Positions 1 to 9,597 of a stretch of DNA of 64,000 bases are shown piece after piece. The translations under genes and the position numbers were made by a program. Source of the DNA: Myxococcota bacterium (GTDB lineage: Bacteria; Myxococcota_A; Polyangia; Polyangiales; Houyiibacteriaceae). Every line of letters starts with the position of its first letter. Within the stretch, counting starts at the first letter, position 1. The notes under the pieces are model-generated. The model did no database searches, had not been told where the DNA came from, and saw only the letters and a list, made by a program, of their open reading frames with translations. The stretch spans positions 1-64,000 of the forward strand of contig JBCCEA010000005.1 of NCBI GenBank assembly GCA_039030515.1. Reading direction: 5' to 3'.

Positions 1-141
1 CGAACCCTCAGACGCTGCCGAACCCTCAGACGCTGCCGAACCCTCAGACGCTGCCGAACCCTCAGACGCTGCCGAACCCTCAGACGCTGCCGAACCCTCA
101 GACGCTGCCGAACCCTCAGACGCTGCCGAACCCTCAGACGC
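1..141 (+). repeat. 18-bp tandem repeat (CGAACCCTCAGACGCTGC) x7 plus a partial copy
   Basis: Read directly; runs off the window start. Confidence 0.95.
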
Positions 142-163
142 AGCACGAGATGCTCTCCGCTAA
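2..163 (+). CDS. Probable 3' end of a gene entering the window, with an (EPSDAA)n tail
   Basis: Frame 2 reads (EPSDAA)n-RDALR-TAA (stop 161-163), convergent with the next gene; start lies outside the window. Confidence 0.45.
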   Translation, partial: EPSDAAEPSDAAEPSDAAEPSDAAEPSDAAEPSDAAEPSDAAEPSDAARDALR

Positions 164-254
164 AACGCCAGACAGCCCGGTTCCCTTTATCTAGGACTTG
201 AAGCTGCGTGTAGAGTTCGTCGGTCTTTTCTAACAAACGTGGCCAGGCTCTCGC

Positions 255-2570
255 TCATTCGCCGTTGGGTTTGGGGCCAAACGCTCGGCCTACCCAAGAC
301 ATGCGGAAGAAGATGTTCGTGCTCGAAGCCACTGCAAACGGCTCGTTCCCTTGCTGGACTGCGAACAGGTTGAAGCCTAGCCCGAGAGAGAATAAGCGGT
401 TCAACACAAGTGCGCTTGTGCCTGTTCCTCGAAAAGTGCTCCGGTTTTCGTCTCCAATTCCAGCCAGGAACCAGTCCGCAGAGAAGGCCAACTCAATGCG
501 CTTGTCGCCAGACTCCAAAACATTCCAGGTAGCGAGCTGCAGCTGGGTACCCAGACCAGGCAGAACGTCCCGATTTGGATCAAGCGCCTCCAGTTCAAAG
601 CCGCCATGCACCCGGAAGTTTAGATACTCTGTGAGTGCAAAATAAAGCCCAACCGTGGGTCGCAAAAGCAAATGGCGGAAAGAGCTCTCGGCAGGCACAG
701 AAAGCTCTGTTTCTATGTATCCCTCGAAGAAAGGCTCTGGAGAATAAAACTTAGGAGAATCTTCACGTAGTCCGCGCCATCGAGCGTTGGTTCGCATAGA
801 GGTGATGTCGAGCGCTTCCTCAAAGTCACCTTCGACTCGAGTCGTTCTATAGAGCACACGAAGATCGCCATTCCATCCCCAAACGTCGTCCAAAGCTTCC
901 CAGCGAAAATTGTGATCGATACCAAAGGTGGCTGTTTCGTCAGTAGTGAATTGAGAATCACTGTAGTCCGCGGAGTTGTTCACGCTATTGGCGGAGAAGC
1001 TTAGGTCACTATCGAAATTAAGATTCCATACGGGAATGGAATGCATGTCGGGCAGCGCATCACGCGGATCGCCGCTCCCTGGTTTCGAAAGATGCTCCAT
1101 GATCAGATCTCGCAATGAGGGATGGGCGTTTCGCCACGAAAGTTCGTCTCGAAAGAGCCCCTCTCCTCCCCTTGCCAGATAACGTACCGTGACCAGTCGA
1201 TAGCGTCCGCGGGGCAAAACATCACGACCGTTCACCTTCACCACACCCGACTCTACCGACACGCCGCGTAAGCGAATTCGCGGCTGATCCACTCGCTTCA
1301 CAAAGGTCGTGAGCCAGGCTCCGCTGACTGTGGTCACTTTTAGGGGTAAGTCTTGATCGAGCGCGAGGTACAAATCGCTTGCGGTCAATGAGTCAAGGTG
1401 GGCAGGAGACCAACCGGGATCCACCGCGTTCACGTGAAGCGCACTGACCTCAGCAAGCGTCTCCATGCGCATCAAGTCTCCGAGCATCGTGAGCAGGTCC
1501 TCGACATCAAGGGGACGAGAAAGCGCTCCTGCAGCCAGTTCCAGTCCCCACTGAGCACAATACCGATCGCCGATCGCTTGGATGTAGTCGACGATTGGCG
1601 CTGCGGGACGTGAGGACGGCGCCAGGGGCTCCGCGATCACGTCGAGACGGGGGAACGCCGAACCGATGACTCCGAGTGCGGGTAGCGCACGTACCGTGAG
1701 CGTCACCGCTTGTCCTGGAGCCGCTGCTACGATGCCCGGACGAACACCCGGAGGCCTCGCAAAGAGAAGCTCATTGCCGCCACCCGCCACCGCCAAGATA
1801 TCCGGCTTGTCTTCATCGGAGAGTTCCGAAAGGGCAAAAGCTCGAGCGACCGCCTCTGAACCGTGCCCATCATCGAGTGCCGCGATCACCAGACTCGCCC
1901 CGAGACTGCGGGCAGACCGAACCCCGGCCGCGAGCGCTTCTGCCACCGGACTGAGACGCAAGCCAGCCGCGTTGGTGGGCGAAATTCGCTGGAGCGCGGC
2001 GGGCCCTACGAAGGACAAAAAAGCCACCCGACGATCTGCAACGCGATGCATCGACACTCCGTCGCTCGCGTCTACAACCACATCACAAACGCTTTGACCT
2101 TCACCCTCGCAATGAAGGTTGCTCAACACTACCGGAACCCCCTTGTTCTTTAGAATCTCGAGCACACGCAGCGTCGGATCCCGAGGCGCTCCGAGGTCAT
2201 CTTCACCAAGGGCCAGCGCTAGGTAGCCGAGTCGACGGATGAGCTGAGCCACCGCCCGCGGATCTCGCTCTGCTCCGAAGCGGGCTGCGCCGTGAGGACC
2301 GAGCAGGCCCCCGGTATCAAAAACAAAAGGCTCGTCGCGTTGCACCGCAGCTTCTAAAACACTTGCTCCGTAGCGAGCAAAGGGCGCTGGTGTGAGCGTT
2401 TCTCCGTGACGACACACCGGATCGGCAAAACGACCTCGCACCCCAGAACTCATGACGATTCGAACCGTCGGACTCGAGGCAAAGTAAGGCGACTGTCCCT
2501 CAGCTGAAGACAGGAGACCTATCCAGACCAAAATCGCGATTCGAAACACGCTGAGCTTCTGAGATCCCAT
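255..2570 (-). CDS. Secreted 5'-nucleotidase-like protein (degenerate metallophosphatase + 5'-nucleotidase C domain) fused to a probable outer-membrane beta-barrel
   Basis: Signal peptide; FDTGG, ALGEDD and PVVLSNL blocks follow the UshA layout; YRLVTVRYLARGGEG is typical of the 5'-nucleotidase C domain; last ~260 aa are amphipathic beta-strands. Confidence 0.7.
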   Translation of the reverse strand: MGSQKLSVFRIAILVWIGLLSSAEGQSPYFASSPTVRIVMSSGVRGRFADPVCRHGETLTPAPFARYGASVLEAAVQRDEPFVFDTGGLLGPHGAARFGAERDPRAVAQLIRRLGYLALALGEDDLGAPRDPTLRVLEILKNKGVPVVLSNLHCEGEGQSVCDVVVDASDGVSMHRVADRRVAFLSFVGPAALQRISPTNAAGLRLSPVAEALAAGVRSARSLGASLVIAALDDGHGSEAVARAFALSELSDEDKPDILAVAGGGNELLFARPPGVRPGIVAAAPGQAVTLTVRALPALGVIGSAFPRLDVIAEPLAPSSRPAAPIVDYIQAIGDRYCAQWGLELAAGALSRPLDVEDLLTMLGDLMRMETLAEVSALHVNAVDPGWSPAHLDSLTASDLYLALDQDLPLKVTTVSGAWLTTFVKRVDQPRIRLRGVSVESGVVKVNGRDVLPRGRYRLVTVRYLARGGEGLFRDELSWRNAHPSLRDLIMEHLSKPGSGDPRDALPDMHSIPVWNLNFDSDLSFSANSVNNSADYSDSQFTTDETATFGIDHNFRWEALDDVWGWNGDLRVLYRTTRVEGDFEEALDITSMRTNARWRGLREDSPKFYSPEPFFEGYIETELSVPAESSFRHLLLRPTVGLYFALTEYLNFRVHGGFELEALDPNRDVLPGLGTQLQLATWNVLESGDKRIELAFSADWFLAGIGDENRSTFRGTGTSALVLNRLFSLGLGFNLFAVQQGNEPFAVASSTNIFFRMSWVGRAFGPKPNGE

Positions 2571-2698
2571 TCAGCTCTGGATATACCTACTGATGAGGCC
2601 GCCACTGCAACATTCCAGCATTCGCGCGATGTGGCGAAGACAGCGGCGCACCCCCGTGAGTGGCATTATTGCTGAGAGCCTCTAAGCTGTAGACGGCT

Positions 2699-3796
2699 AT
2701 GAACTATACCCATGTCGATTCCGATCGACGCGCTCGACGTTTCTACTCTGAGCATCGGTCGCCGGTATCGAGCGAAGCGCCTGGACACATACAGTATCGG
2801 GTACTCAATTCCGCAGAACTTCTCGGGCTTCACCGCGGGAAAAGAGCGTTCGCCCATGAAATACTGACCGGCCTTGCAGGCGCTCCGAAACGACTTGCAT
2901 CCAAGTATTTTTACGACGACACCGGTAGTCGCCTTTTTCGGCAGATTATGACTCTGCCCGAATATTACCTCACAAGGTGCGAGCAAGAGATTCTCTGCGA
3001 GTACGGGGCAGACATCCTTGGGCACTTGCGGGGACGCTCGGTGAATCTGGTAGATCTCGGGGCTGGCGACGGGACAAAGACCCTGCTCATCGCCGATCGC
3101 GCCTCCGAAGCCGACGTCGACCTGCGGTATGTGCCTATCGACATCTCCAAAGGAGCCATGGAAGGGCTGATCGAGCGAGTCGAGCAGACCCGACCCGGGC
3201 TACGCTGCTGTGGACTGGTATCCGAGTACATCGACGGCGTGCATTGGTTGGGCGCCCAACAGGACTCTCGTGCCCACCTGGTACTTCTTCTCGGATCGAA
3301 TATCGGTAACTTCGATCGTGCTCAGTCCCGCGACTTTTTAAGGCGCCTATGGAGCGCGATGCGAGACCAAGACTATCTCCTCGTCGGGTTCGATCTGAAA
3401 AAGGATATCGATCTGATGCTGCGCGCCTATAACGATGACCAAGGCATCACCCGAGCTTTTAATCTCAATCTTCTCGAGCGGATCAACCGAGAGCTCGGCG
3501 GCCATTTTGACCCTGAGAAGTTTCAGCATTTCGCGCCTTACAACATCCATACCGGCGCCATGGAGAGCTACCTGGTCAGCGTGGAGGCTCAGGAGGTCTT
3601 CGTCGAAGCCTTGGAGCAGAAGTTCGAGTTCGCTCCGTGGGAACCGATCCAAACCGAGTGCTCCTACAAATTTCTCATGAGCGACGTAGAAAGCCTCGCT
3701 CGAGAGACCGGATTTTCGATCGTCTCAAACTACTATGATCGCAAGGGATGGTTCGTGAATTCGCTATGGCGCGTGGTCAAATCCAAGACTCCGTAA
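2699..3796 (+). CDS. egtD: L-histidine N-alpha-methyltransferase (ergothioneine biosynthesis)
   Basis: KYFYDDTGSRLF, LPEYYLTRCE, DLGAGDGTKT, LGSNIGNF, AYNDDQGITRAFNLN, TECSYKF. Confidence 0.93.
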   Translation: MNYTHVDSDRRARRFYSEHRSPVSSEAPGHIQYRVLNSAELLGLHRGKRAFAHEILTGLAGAPKRLASKYFYDDTGSRLFRQIMTLPEYYLTRCEQEILCEYGADILGHLRGRSVNLVDLGAGDGTKTLLIADRASEADVDLRYVPIDISKGAMEGLIERVEQTRPGLRCCGLVSEYIDGVHWLGAQQDSRAHLVLLLGSNIGNFDRAQSRDFLRRLWSAMRDQDYLLVGFDLKKDIDLMLRAYNDDQGITRAFNLNLLERINRELGGHFDPEKFQHFAPYNIHTGAMESYLVSVEAQEVFVEALEQKFEFAPWEPIQTECSYKFLMSDVESLARETGFSIVSNYYDRKGWFVNSLWRVVKSKTP

Positions 3797-3801
3797 GCGA
3801 T

Positions 3802-3879
3802 CTTGGTACCGTGGGCGACTTGGTACCGTGGGCGACTTGGTACCGTGGGCGACTTGGTACCGTGGGCGACTTGGTACCG
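3802..3879. repeat. 17-bp tandem repeat (CTTGGTACCGTGGGCGA) x4.5 between convergent genes
   Basis: Read directly. Confidence 0.95.
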
Positions 3880-3904
3880 GGAGAGACGCGGTGAGCCTAT
3901 GCGG

Positions 3905-4927
3905 TCAGGTTCTACGCTTTACCTGGTGAGGTTTCGAGCGACCGGCTGGTACGGGTGGGCATGATACCTGGGAAGCGGCGCACACTCGATTGCGACCCTC
4001 ATTTTTGGCGGCATAAAGCGCTTCATCTGCCCGAGCCAGTAGGGAACTCGGTGTTTCGTCCGCTTGGCTTTCGGCCGCACCGATGGAGATCGTTACCGGG
4101 GGAAGCTGAGTTCCGTCTGGGAGCTGCAATACGGTCGCTGCAACGCATCCGCGAACTCGATCCCCTCCGCGCAGTGCTCCCTCGATCGTGGTGCCCGGAA
4201 GCAAAATCGTAAACTCTTCACCGCCATAACGCGCCACTCTATCGGTCGGGCGTACGGAAGACTGCAGTACCTGGGAGACGGTGTGCAGTACAAAGTCTCC
4301 AGACTGGTGACCGTGGGTATCGTTGAATGCCTTGAAGTGATCCACATCGATCATCAACACCGACAAAGCGTCTCCATCGTGCCGGGAACGTTTCAGCTGT
4401 CGAGGCAGCATTTCGTCAAGCCAGCGACGGTTGTGGAGTCCGGTCAACGCGTCGACCACCGCAGACTGTCGATACTCTTGCTGCAGCTGACGACTCAGAG
4501 TGACCGCTTGGTTTCCGCCCCTCAAACGACGCGCAAGGAGCTTCAGGGTATTTCGGGCCACCGCACTGGACGACTCCACGAGACGCCAAAAATGGGCATC
4601 GGATAGCTCAAGCAAACGGCAGGCATCTCCCGCTACCACGAAGGCCGACCGCGCTCGCTGATCGATGATGGAGAGCTCCCCGACGCACTCACCGATGCCT
4701 AGAGATGCAACCGGCTCAGCGTTCAGGGAGCCAACGTGAACGCGAAGTATCCCCTGGAGCACGATATACATTCGCCCTTCGCAAGGACCGGGCTCGATCA
4801 ATACCGTTTCCGATTCAAGTTCGATGATCGGACAGCTTCGAACCACGTCAGAGATTTCGCCGAAATCAACTCCCTGAAAGAGGGCGAGTTGGGTCGCTGT
4901 GTCCGCCGTCAGCGCACGCTGAATCAC
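3905..4927 (-). CDS. cNMP-binding domain + GGDEF diguanylate cyclase
   Basis: GECVGELSII..RSA (cNMP domain); DALTGLHNRR, IDVDHFKAFND..GH..GD, RPTD I-site, RYGGEEF. Confidence 0.92.
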   Translation of the reverse strand: MIQRALTADTATQLALFQGVDFGEISDVVRSCPIIELESETVLIEPGPCEGRMYIVLQGILRVHVGSLNAEPVASLGIGECVGELSIIDQRARSAFVVAGDACRLLELSDAHFWRLVESSSAVARNTLKLLARRLRGGNQAVTLSRQLQQEYRQSAVVDALTGLHNRRWLDEMLPRQLKRSRHDGDALSVLMIDVDHFKAFNDTHGHQSGDFVLHTVSQVLQSSVRPTDRVARYGGEEFTILLPGTTIEGALRGGDRVRGCVAATVLQLPDGTQLPPVTISIGAAESQADETPSSLLARADEALYAAKNEGRNRVCAASQVSCPPVPAGRSKPHQVKRRT

Positions 4928-5314
4928 GAGCAGAGCATATCATGCCATTTATCGTCGCGATCCATTCTCACCTGAAAGACACACCTTGGACAGCGCTTGG
5001 ACTCTATCTTAGACACGCCTTAGACTGATCAATATACGTAATTTAAATTACATATAAATATGACTCAAAAGCACCCCCACAGCGAGAAATCGAAATCCAA
5101 CGAGATTTTTTCCATATAAACGAAAAATTACATGCATTTTTTTGCCGAAAGCAGAGTGATTCCGCAGTAGGCCGATGAGATCGCGACGAATTGCATCGCC
5201 TCTGGTAGCTCGATTGAATCCACGAATATGGGCGATCTGCATCAAGGATTCATTGCACGACCGAAGTGTGCAAAGACCGAACACTGCTCCATACAGAATG
5301 TCATTACTTTGCGC

Positions 5315-5569
5315 ACACGATATATGGTATGTTTCACCTAGTGGCAGTGCAGTACGTAGCATCACAAGGCGTTTCCTTTGTGACACCTCTGCATTCACGC
5401 CATCGCGGCGCGCGACCCCTCCGCTGCAACTGGTGGAAACGAGTGGTCTTTCTCGGGGAGATTTTCGAGCTGGGGATTTCCCCTTGACAGGATCGCTCCA
5501 TCAGTCGAAGAAGGGGCCTCACCCCACGGGTGGTGGTGGCTCGGGTCGGGCTGACGCTACCCATTGTGG
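5315..5569 (+). promoter_or_regulatory. Candidate NrdR boxes and a -35 element upstream of nrdJ
   Basis: ACACGATATATGGTAT (5315-5330) resembles acaCwAtATaTwGtg; weaker pair at 5521-5536 and 5554-5569 (33-bp spacing) just after TTGACA (5484-5489). Confidence 0.4.
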
Positions 5570-5668
5570 AGGAGTTGCTGCCAACAAGGGGACAGCCTGG
5601 GGATGGATTGGGGAAAAATCCAAACCCGGTGTGGGGAACTGTTGTCTTTGTGGCTGGAGGTCTATGTC

Positions 5669-8600
5669 GTGGCACTAGATATTCGTGGACGGGAAATCAG
5701 CGTGAACGAAGGCGTGAGCCAAGGAAAAAAACAGACGGGACGGAAGAACACTGCGGGCGGTCTGCACTACTCGAGGTTGCTCACCCGTCCGCGGGAAAAT
5801 CCACTGGAGACCGTCACCTATGAACTTCGAAATAGCGTGATCACCAACCCAGACGGCTCGGTGGTGTTCGAAATGAACGGGGCCGAAGTCCCGGAGCAGT
5901 GGTCTCAACTTGCGACCGACATCGCTATCTCCAAATATTTTCGAAAAGCTGGGCTTCACGGAGACCCGCAGAAAAGCGAACGCAGCGTACGCGATCTTGT
6001 ATTTCGAGTCGCCCACACCATTCGCGAAGCGGGAGAGACCTTTGGTGGATATTTCGCCAGCGCAGAAGATGCGGACAACTTCGAAGCGGAGCTCACGCAC
6101 CTGCTCGTGCACCAGAAGGCTGCGTTTAATTCACCGGTGTGGTTCAACTGCGGCCTCTACCACCGCTACGGAATTCAAGGGGCCGCCGGCAACTATGCCT
6201 GGAACCCGGAAACCGATGCGATCGGAGCGATCGACAACGCATACGCACGTCCTCAGTGTTCGGCGTGTTTTATTCAGTCGGTCGATGACGACCTGATGGC
6301 GGTCTACGAGCTCGTTCGTTCCGAAGCCCGCCTGTTTAAATACGGTTCAGGCACCGGAACCAACTTTTCTAGAATCCGAGGCAAACAGGAAAAGCTCTCC
6401 GGGGGCGGAACGTCGAGCGGCCTGATGAGCTTCCTAGAGGTCTTTGACCGCGCGGCAGGCGCGACCAAGAGCGGCGGAACCACCCGACGCGCTGCAAAGA
6501 TGGTCTGCCTCGACATGGACCACCCTGAAATCGTCGATTTTATTCAGTGGAAGGTCCAAGAGGAACAGAAAGCCTTGGCTTTGATCGAAGCGGGCTACTC
6601 TTCTGACTTCAATGGAGACGCATACCACACAGTCTCTGGACAGAACTCAAACAACTCGGTCCGCATTTCCGACGCGTTCATGAACGCTGTCGAAAACGAA
6701 GGAACCTGGGAAACCCGATTTCGAACCACCGGCGAAGTGAGTCAAACCTATCACGCTCAGGATCTCTGGGACATGATCGCCAAAGCCGCGTGGCGATGCG
6801 CCGACCCGGGGGTGCAGTACGATACGACCATCAACGATTGGCATACCTGCCCGGAGAGTGGACGGATCAATGCATCCAATCCCTGCTCGGAGTACATGTT
6901 CCTCGACAACTCCGCATGTAACCTCGCATCGATCAACCTGACGAAATTCGTCGACGAACAAGGCAACTTCGACGTCAAACAATACCGACACGCGATCCGG
7001 ATTCTGATCACGGCAATGGAAATCTTAGTCGATTTTTCTGCCTATCCGACGGAGCCCATTGCCAAAAACAGTCATGAATATCGGCCGCTTGGGCTTGGCT
7101 ATGCGAACCTAGGCACCCTCCTGATGCGTCAGGGCATCTCCTACGACAGCGACGAAGGCCGTGCCCTTGCAAGCTCGCTCACCTCGATTCTTTGTGGCCA
7201 CGCATACGCAACCAGTGCTGAGATTGCCGCGTCCAAAGGAAGCTTCAAGCGATACGCAGAAAACCGCGAATCTTTCTTGCGCGTCATGCGCAAGCATCGT
7301 GATGCATCCCGTGACCTTGCGAAACCAGGAGGACCCGGCATTGCCGGTAGTCGATTCGCTGCGTGCCCCGACTACATGATTCGAGCAGCTCAAGAAGACT
7401 GGGACCGTGCTCTTGAGTTCGGCGAGCGACATGGTTTTCGCAACGCCCAATCCACAGTGCTCGCGCCCACCGGCACTATCGGTCTTTTGATGGACTGCGA
7501 CACAACGGGAATCGAACCAGACTTTGCACTGGTGAAGTTCAAAAAACTCGCTGGAGGCGGCTACTTCAAGATCGTCAACCAGAGTGTTCCGATCGCCCTG
7601 CGCAACCTAGGGTATAGCGAGCGACAGATCACAGACATCGTTGCTTACGTCACCGGAACCAATACGTTCACCGGCGCACCACAGCTCTCAAGGAATCAGT
7701 TGCTCAGCAAGGGACTCACTGCAGAAGAGATCTCTAAAGCAGAAACTGCACTCCCTGGAGCTTTCGACACCTCCCAAGCGTTGGCACCATGGACGATCGG
7801 TACCGCTGCCTACCAACGGATGGGTATCTCCCCTGAGTTATACAACAAACCGACGTTCAATCTCCTTCGGCACTGGGGGCTGCGCGATGCTCAGATCGAG
7901 GAGATCAACGACACCGTCATCGGACGAATGACCATCGAAGGCGCGCCCCATCTGCGCGATGAACATCTACCCATCTTCGATTGCGCCAATCGATGCGGCC
8001 GAAAAGGGCAGCGCTACTTGCGGCCTATGGCACATGTCCTGATGATGGCTGCCGCGCAGCCTTTCCTTTCGGGAGCGATTTCAAAAACGGTCAATCTCCC
8101 ATCCGAGGCTTCGGTAGAGGACGTAAAAGAGATCTATCTTCAGGGTTGGAAACTCGGGCTAAAGGCGATCGCACTGTATCGCGACGGATGTAAGGCTTCT
8201 CAGCCTCTTTCGTCAGAGTCAAAAAGCACAGAAGAACAAAAAGAGGAGCCTGCCGAGGTCAAAGCGATCTCAACCCCGGAAGCGCCGGTTCGCGAGGGCC
8301 TGCGTCCTCCGAACACCGTCCGGCAACGCCTCCCCAAGAAACGCCGCGGCTTTACCCAAGAAGCCCGAGTGGCAATGCATAAGATCTTCCTCCGAACGGG
8401 TGAATACGAAGATGGCTCCCTCGGTGAGATCTTTGTCGATATGCACAAAGAGGGTGCAGCATTCCGATCTTTGATGAACTGTTTCTCCATCGCAGTATCG
8501 ATGGGACTGCAACATGGCGTACCTCTAGAGAGCTACGTAGAACAGTTCACCTTCACTCGCTTTGAGCCCCAGGGAGTCGTAGCCGGCCATCCCAACATCA

Positions 8601-8965
8601 AGTTTGCAACTTCCATTGTGGACTACATCTTTCGAGTTCTTGGCGTGGAGTATTTGAAGCGTTACGACTTCGCCCAAGTTCCACCCGAAGAAGAACAAGC
8701 CGAGTTGCAAAATCCAACAGACGCAACTGCCGTGCAAAGAGTGGCAGAAGCGAAACACAGCGAAGCGCCTCTTGAGATCCAACCGGCACCTCAGGCTACT
8801 TTTGGTTTCGATGAAGACCCAATCCAAGGTGGAACGACGCTTTCTGAACATCTCAGCGAAATGATGGGTGACGCTCCTATGTGCGATGTATGCGGGCACA
8901 TCACTGTAAGAAATGGCGCATGCTATAAGTGCCTTAACTGCGGCAACTCTATGGGTTGTAGTTAG
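5669..8965 (+). CDS. nrdJ: Class II (adenosylcobalamin-dependent) ribonucleotide reductase with C-terminal TSCPD/zinc-ribbon region
   Basis: FNSPVWFN, PQCSACFI, ASNPCSEY, ACNLASINL, APTGTIG, SGAISKTVN, CDVCG..CYKCLNCG; start placed at GTG 5669 after GGAGG (ORF open from 5564). Confidence 0.96.
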   Translation: MALDIRGREISVNEGVSQGKKQTGRKNTAGGLHYSRLLTRPRENPLETVTYELRNSVITNPDGSVVFEMNGAEVPEQWSQLATDIAISKYFRKAGLHGDPQKSERSVRDLVFRVAHTIREAGETFGGYFASAEDADNFEAELTHLLVHQKAAFNSPVWFNCGLYHRYGIQGAAGNYAWNPETDAIGAIDNAYARPQCSACFIQSVDDDLMAVYELVRSEARLFKYGSGTGTNFSRIRGKQEKLSGGGTSSGLMSFLEVFDRAAGATKSGGTTRRAAKMVCLDMDHPEIVDFIQWKVQEEQKALALIEAGYSSDFNGDAYHTVSGQNSNNSVRISDAFMNAVENEGTWETRFRTTGEVSQTYHAQDLWDMIAKAAWRCADPGVQYDTTINDWHTCPESGRINASNPCSEYMFLDNSACNLASINLTKFVDEQGNFDVKQYRHAIRILITAMEILVDFSAYPTEPIAKNSHEYRPLGLGYANLGTLLMRQGISYDSDEGRALASSLTSILCGHAYATSAEIAASKGSFKRYAENRESFLRVMRKHRDASRDLAKPGGPGIAGSRFAACPDYMIRAAQEDWDRALEFGERHGFRNAQSTVLAPTGTIGLLMDCDTTGIEPDFALVKFKKLAGGGYFKIVNQSVPIALRNLGYSERQITDIVAYVTGTNTFTGAPQLSRNQLLSKGLTAEEISKAETALPGAFDTSQALAPWTIGTAAYQRMGISPELYNKPTFNLLRHWGLRDAQIEEINDTVIGRMTIEGAPHLRDEHLPIFDCANRCGRKGQRYLRPMAHVLMMAAAQPFLSGAISKTVNLPSEASVEDVKEIYLQGWKLGLKAIALYRDGCKASQPLSSESKSTEEQKEEPAEVKAISTPEAPVREGLRPPNTVRQRLPKKRRGFTQEARVAMHKIFLRTGEYEDGSLGEIFVDMHKEGAAFRSLMNCFSIAVSMGLQHGVPLESYVEQFTFTRFEPQGVVAGHPNIKFATSIVDYIFRVLGVEYLKRYDFAQVPPEEEQAELQNPTDATAVQRVAEAKHSEAPLEIQPAPQATFGFDEDPIQGGTTLSEHLSEMMGDAPMCDVCGHITVRNGACYKCLNCGNSMGCS

Positions 8966-9047
8966 CCGTCGACGTTGTAGTTAGCCGTTGACTGAGAGCC
9001 TTAGTTAGAACTGAGAACCTTAACTAGACAAGACCTATAGCTATAAG

Positions 9048-9079
9048 TGCGGCGTCCATCCGCTGGATTGGACGCCGCA
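9048..9079 (+). terminator. GC-rich hairpin downstream of nrdJ
   Basis: TGCGGCGTCCA-N10-TGGACGCCGCA, 11-bp stem; no clear U-tract. Confidence 0.5.
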
Positions 9080-9119
9080 GCTCTATCCGGCACCGAAACG
9101 CTGACACGAGAACGTGCAC

Positions 9120-9552
9120 CTGGTACGTCGAACATCAAGCACCTCCAGTAAGCCGCCGGTCAGGCCTAGCGAGTACACCTCCAGCGCGTCTAGGTTGGTT
9201 CAAACTGCCAGCGCCCCCCCAGCACGCCTCGCTCGGCCTGAACGCCCGCTTGCCTCCCATGCTCGACGTTCGAAGTAGCAGTACTACTCCTTCACGTCTG
9301 CGCGTGCGGGGCGCTAAGCGTTCACACCCATCGTGACGCCCTCCCAGCACGCCTCGCTCGGCCTGAACGCCCGCTTGCCTCCCATGCTCGACGTTCGAAG
9401 TAGCAGTACTACTCCTTCACGTCTGCGCGTGCGGGGCGCTGGCCGTTCACACCCATCGTGACGCGCTGGGCCGGGGAGGAGGGTACTAAGGTACCTGACG
9501 ACGACGAGCATCGGAGGTAAGCGGCTGGTTGGGCCGACATAGGCCCGCTGGG
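9120..9552. repeat. Interspersed palindromic/MITE-like element, copy 1, with an internal 125-bp-period duplication
   Basis: 9218-9339 nearly identical to 9343-9464 and to 17510-17631; flanking modules shared with copy 2. Confidence 0.85.
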
Positions 9553-9597
9553 GCGGGGGGTTTTGAAGACGACCTACAGGTAGCCTACACTACGCAC

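Noticed and set aside
1..141. CRISPR array at the window start or at 3802-3879
   Set aside because: Units are head-to-tail with no unique spacers, and no cas genes are present
5060..5660. Cobalamin riboswitch or oriC in the long nrdJ leader
   Set aside because: No B12-box or clustered TTATCCACA DnaA boxes recognised; an Rfam cmscan would settle the riboswitch question
5669..8965. Intein or intron in nrdJ
   Set aside because: No intein splice or homing-endonuclease motifs seen; the length is explained by the TSCPD/zinc-ribbon tail
9135..9511. Small minus-strand ORFs (9135-9350, 9314-9511; also 17484-17681) that resemble one another
   Set aside because: Their similarity comes from the DNA repeat element; no RBS or coding signal seen
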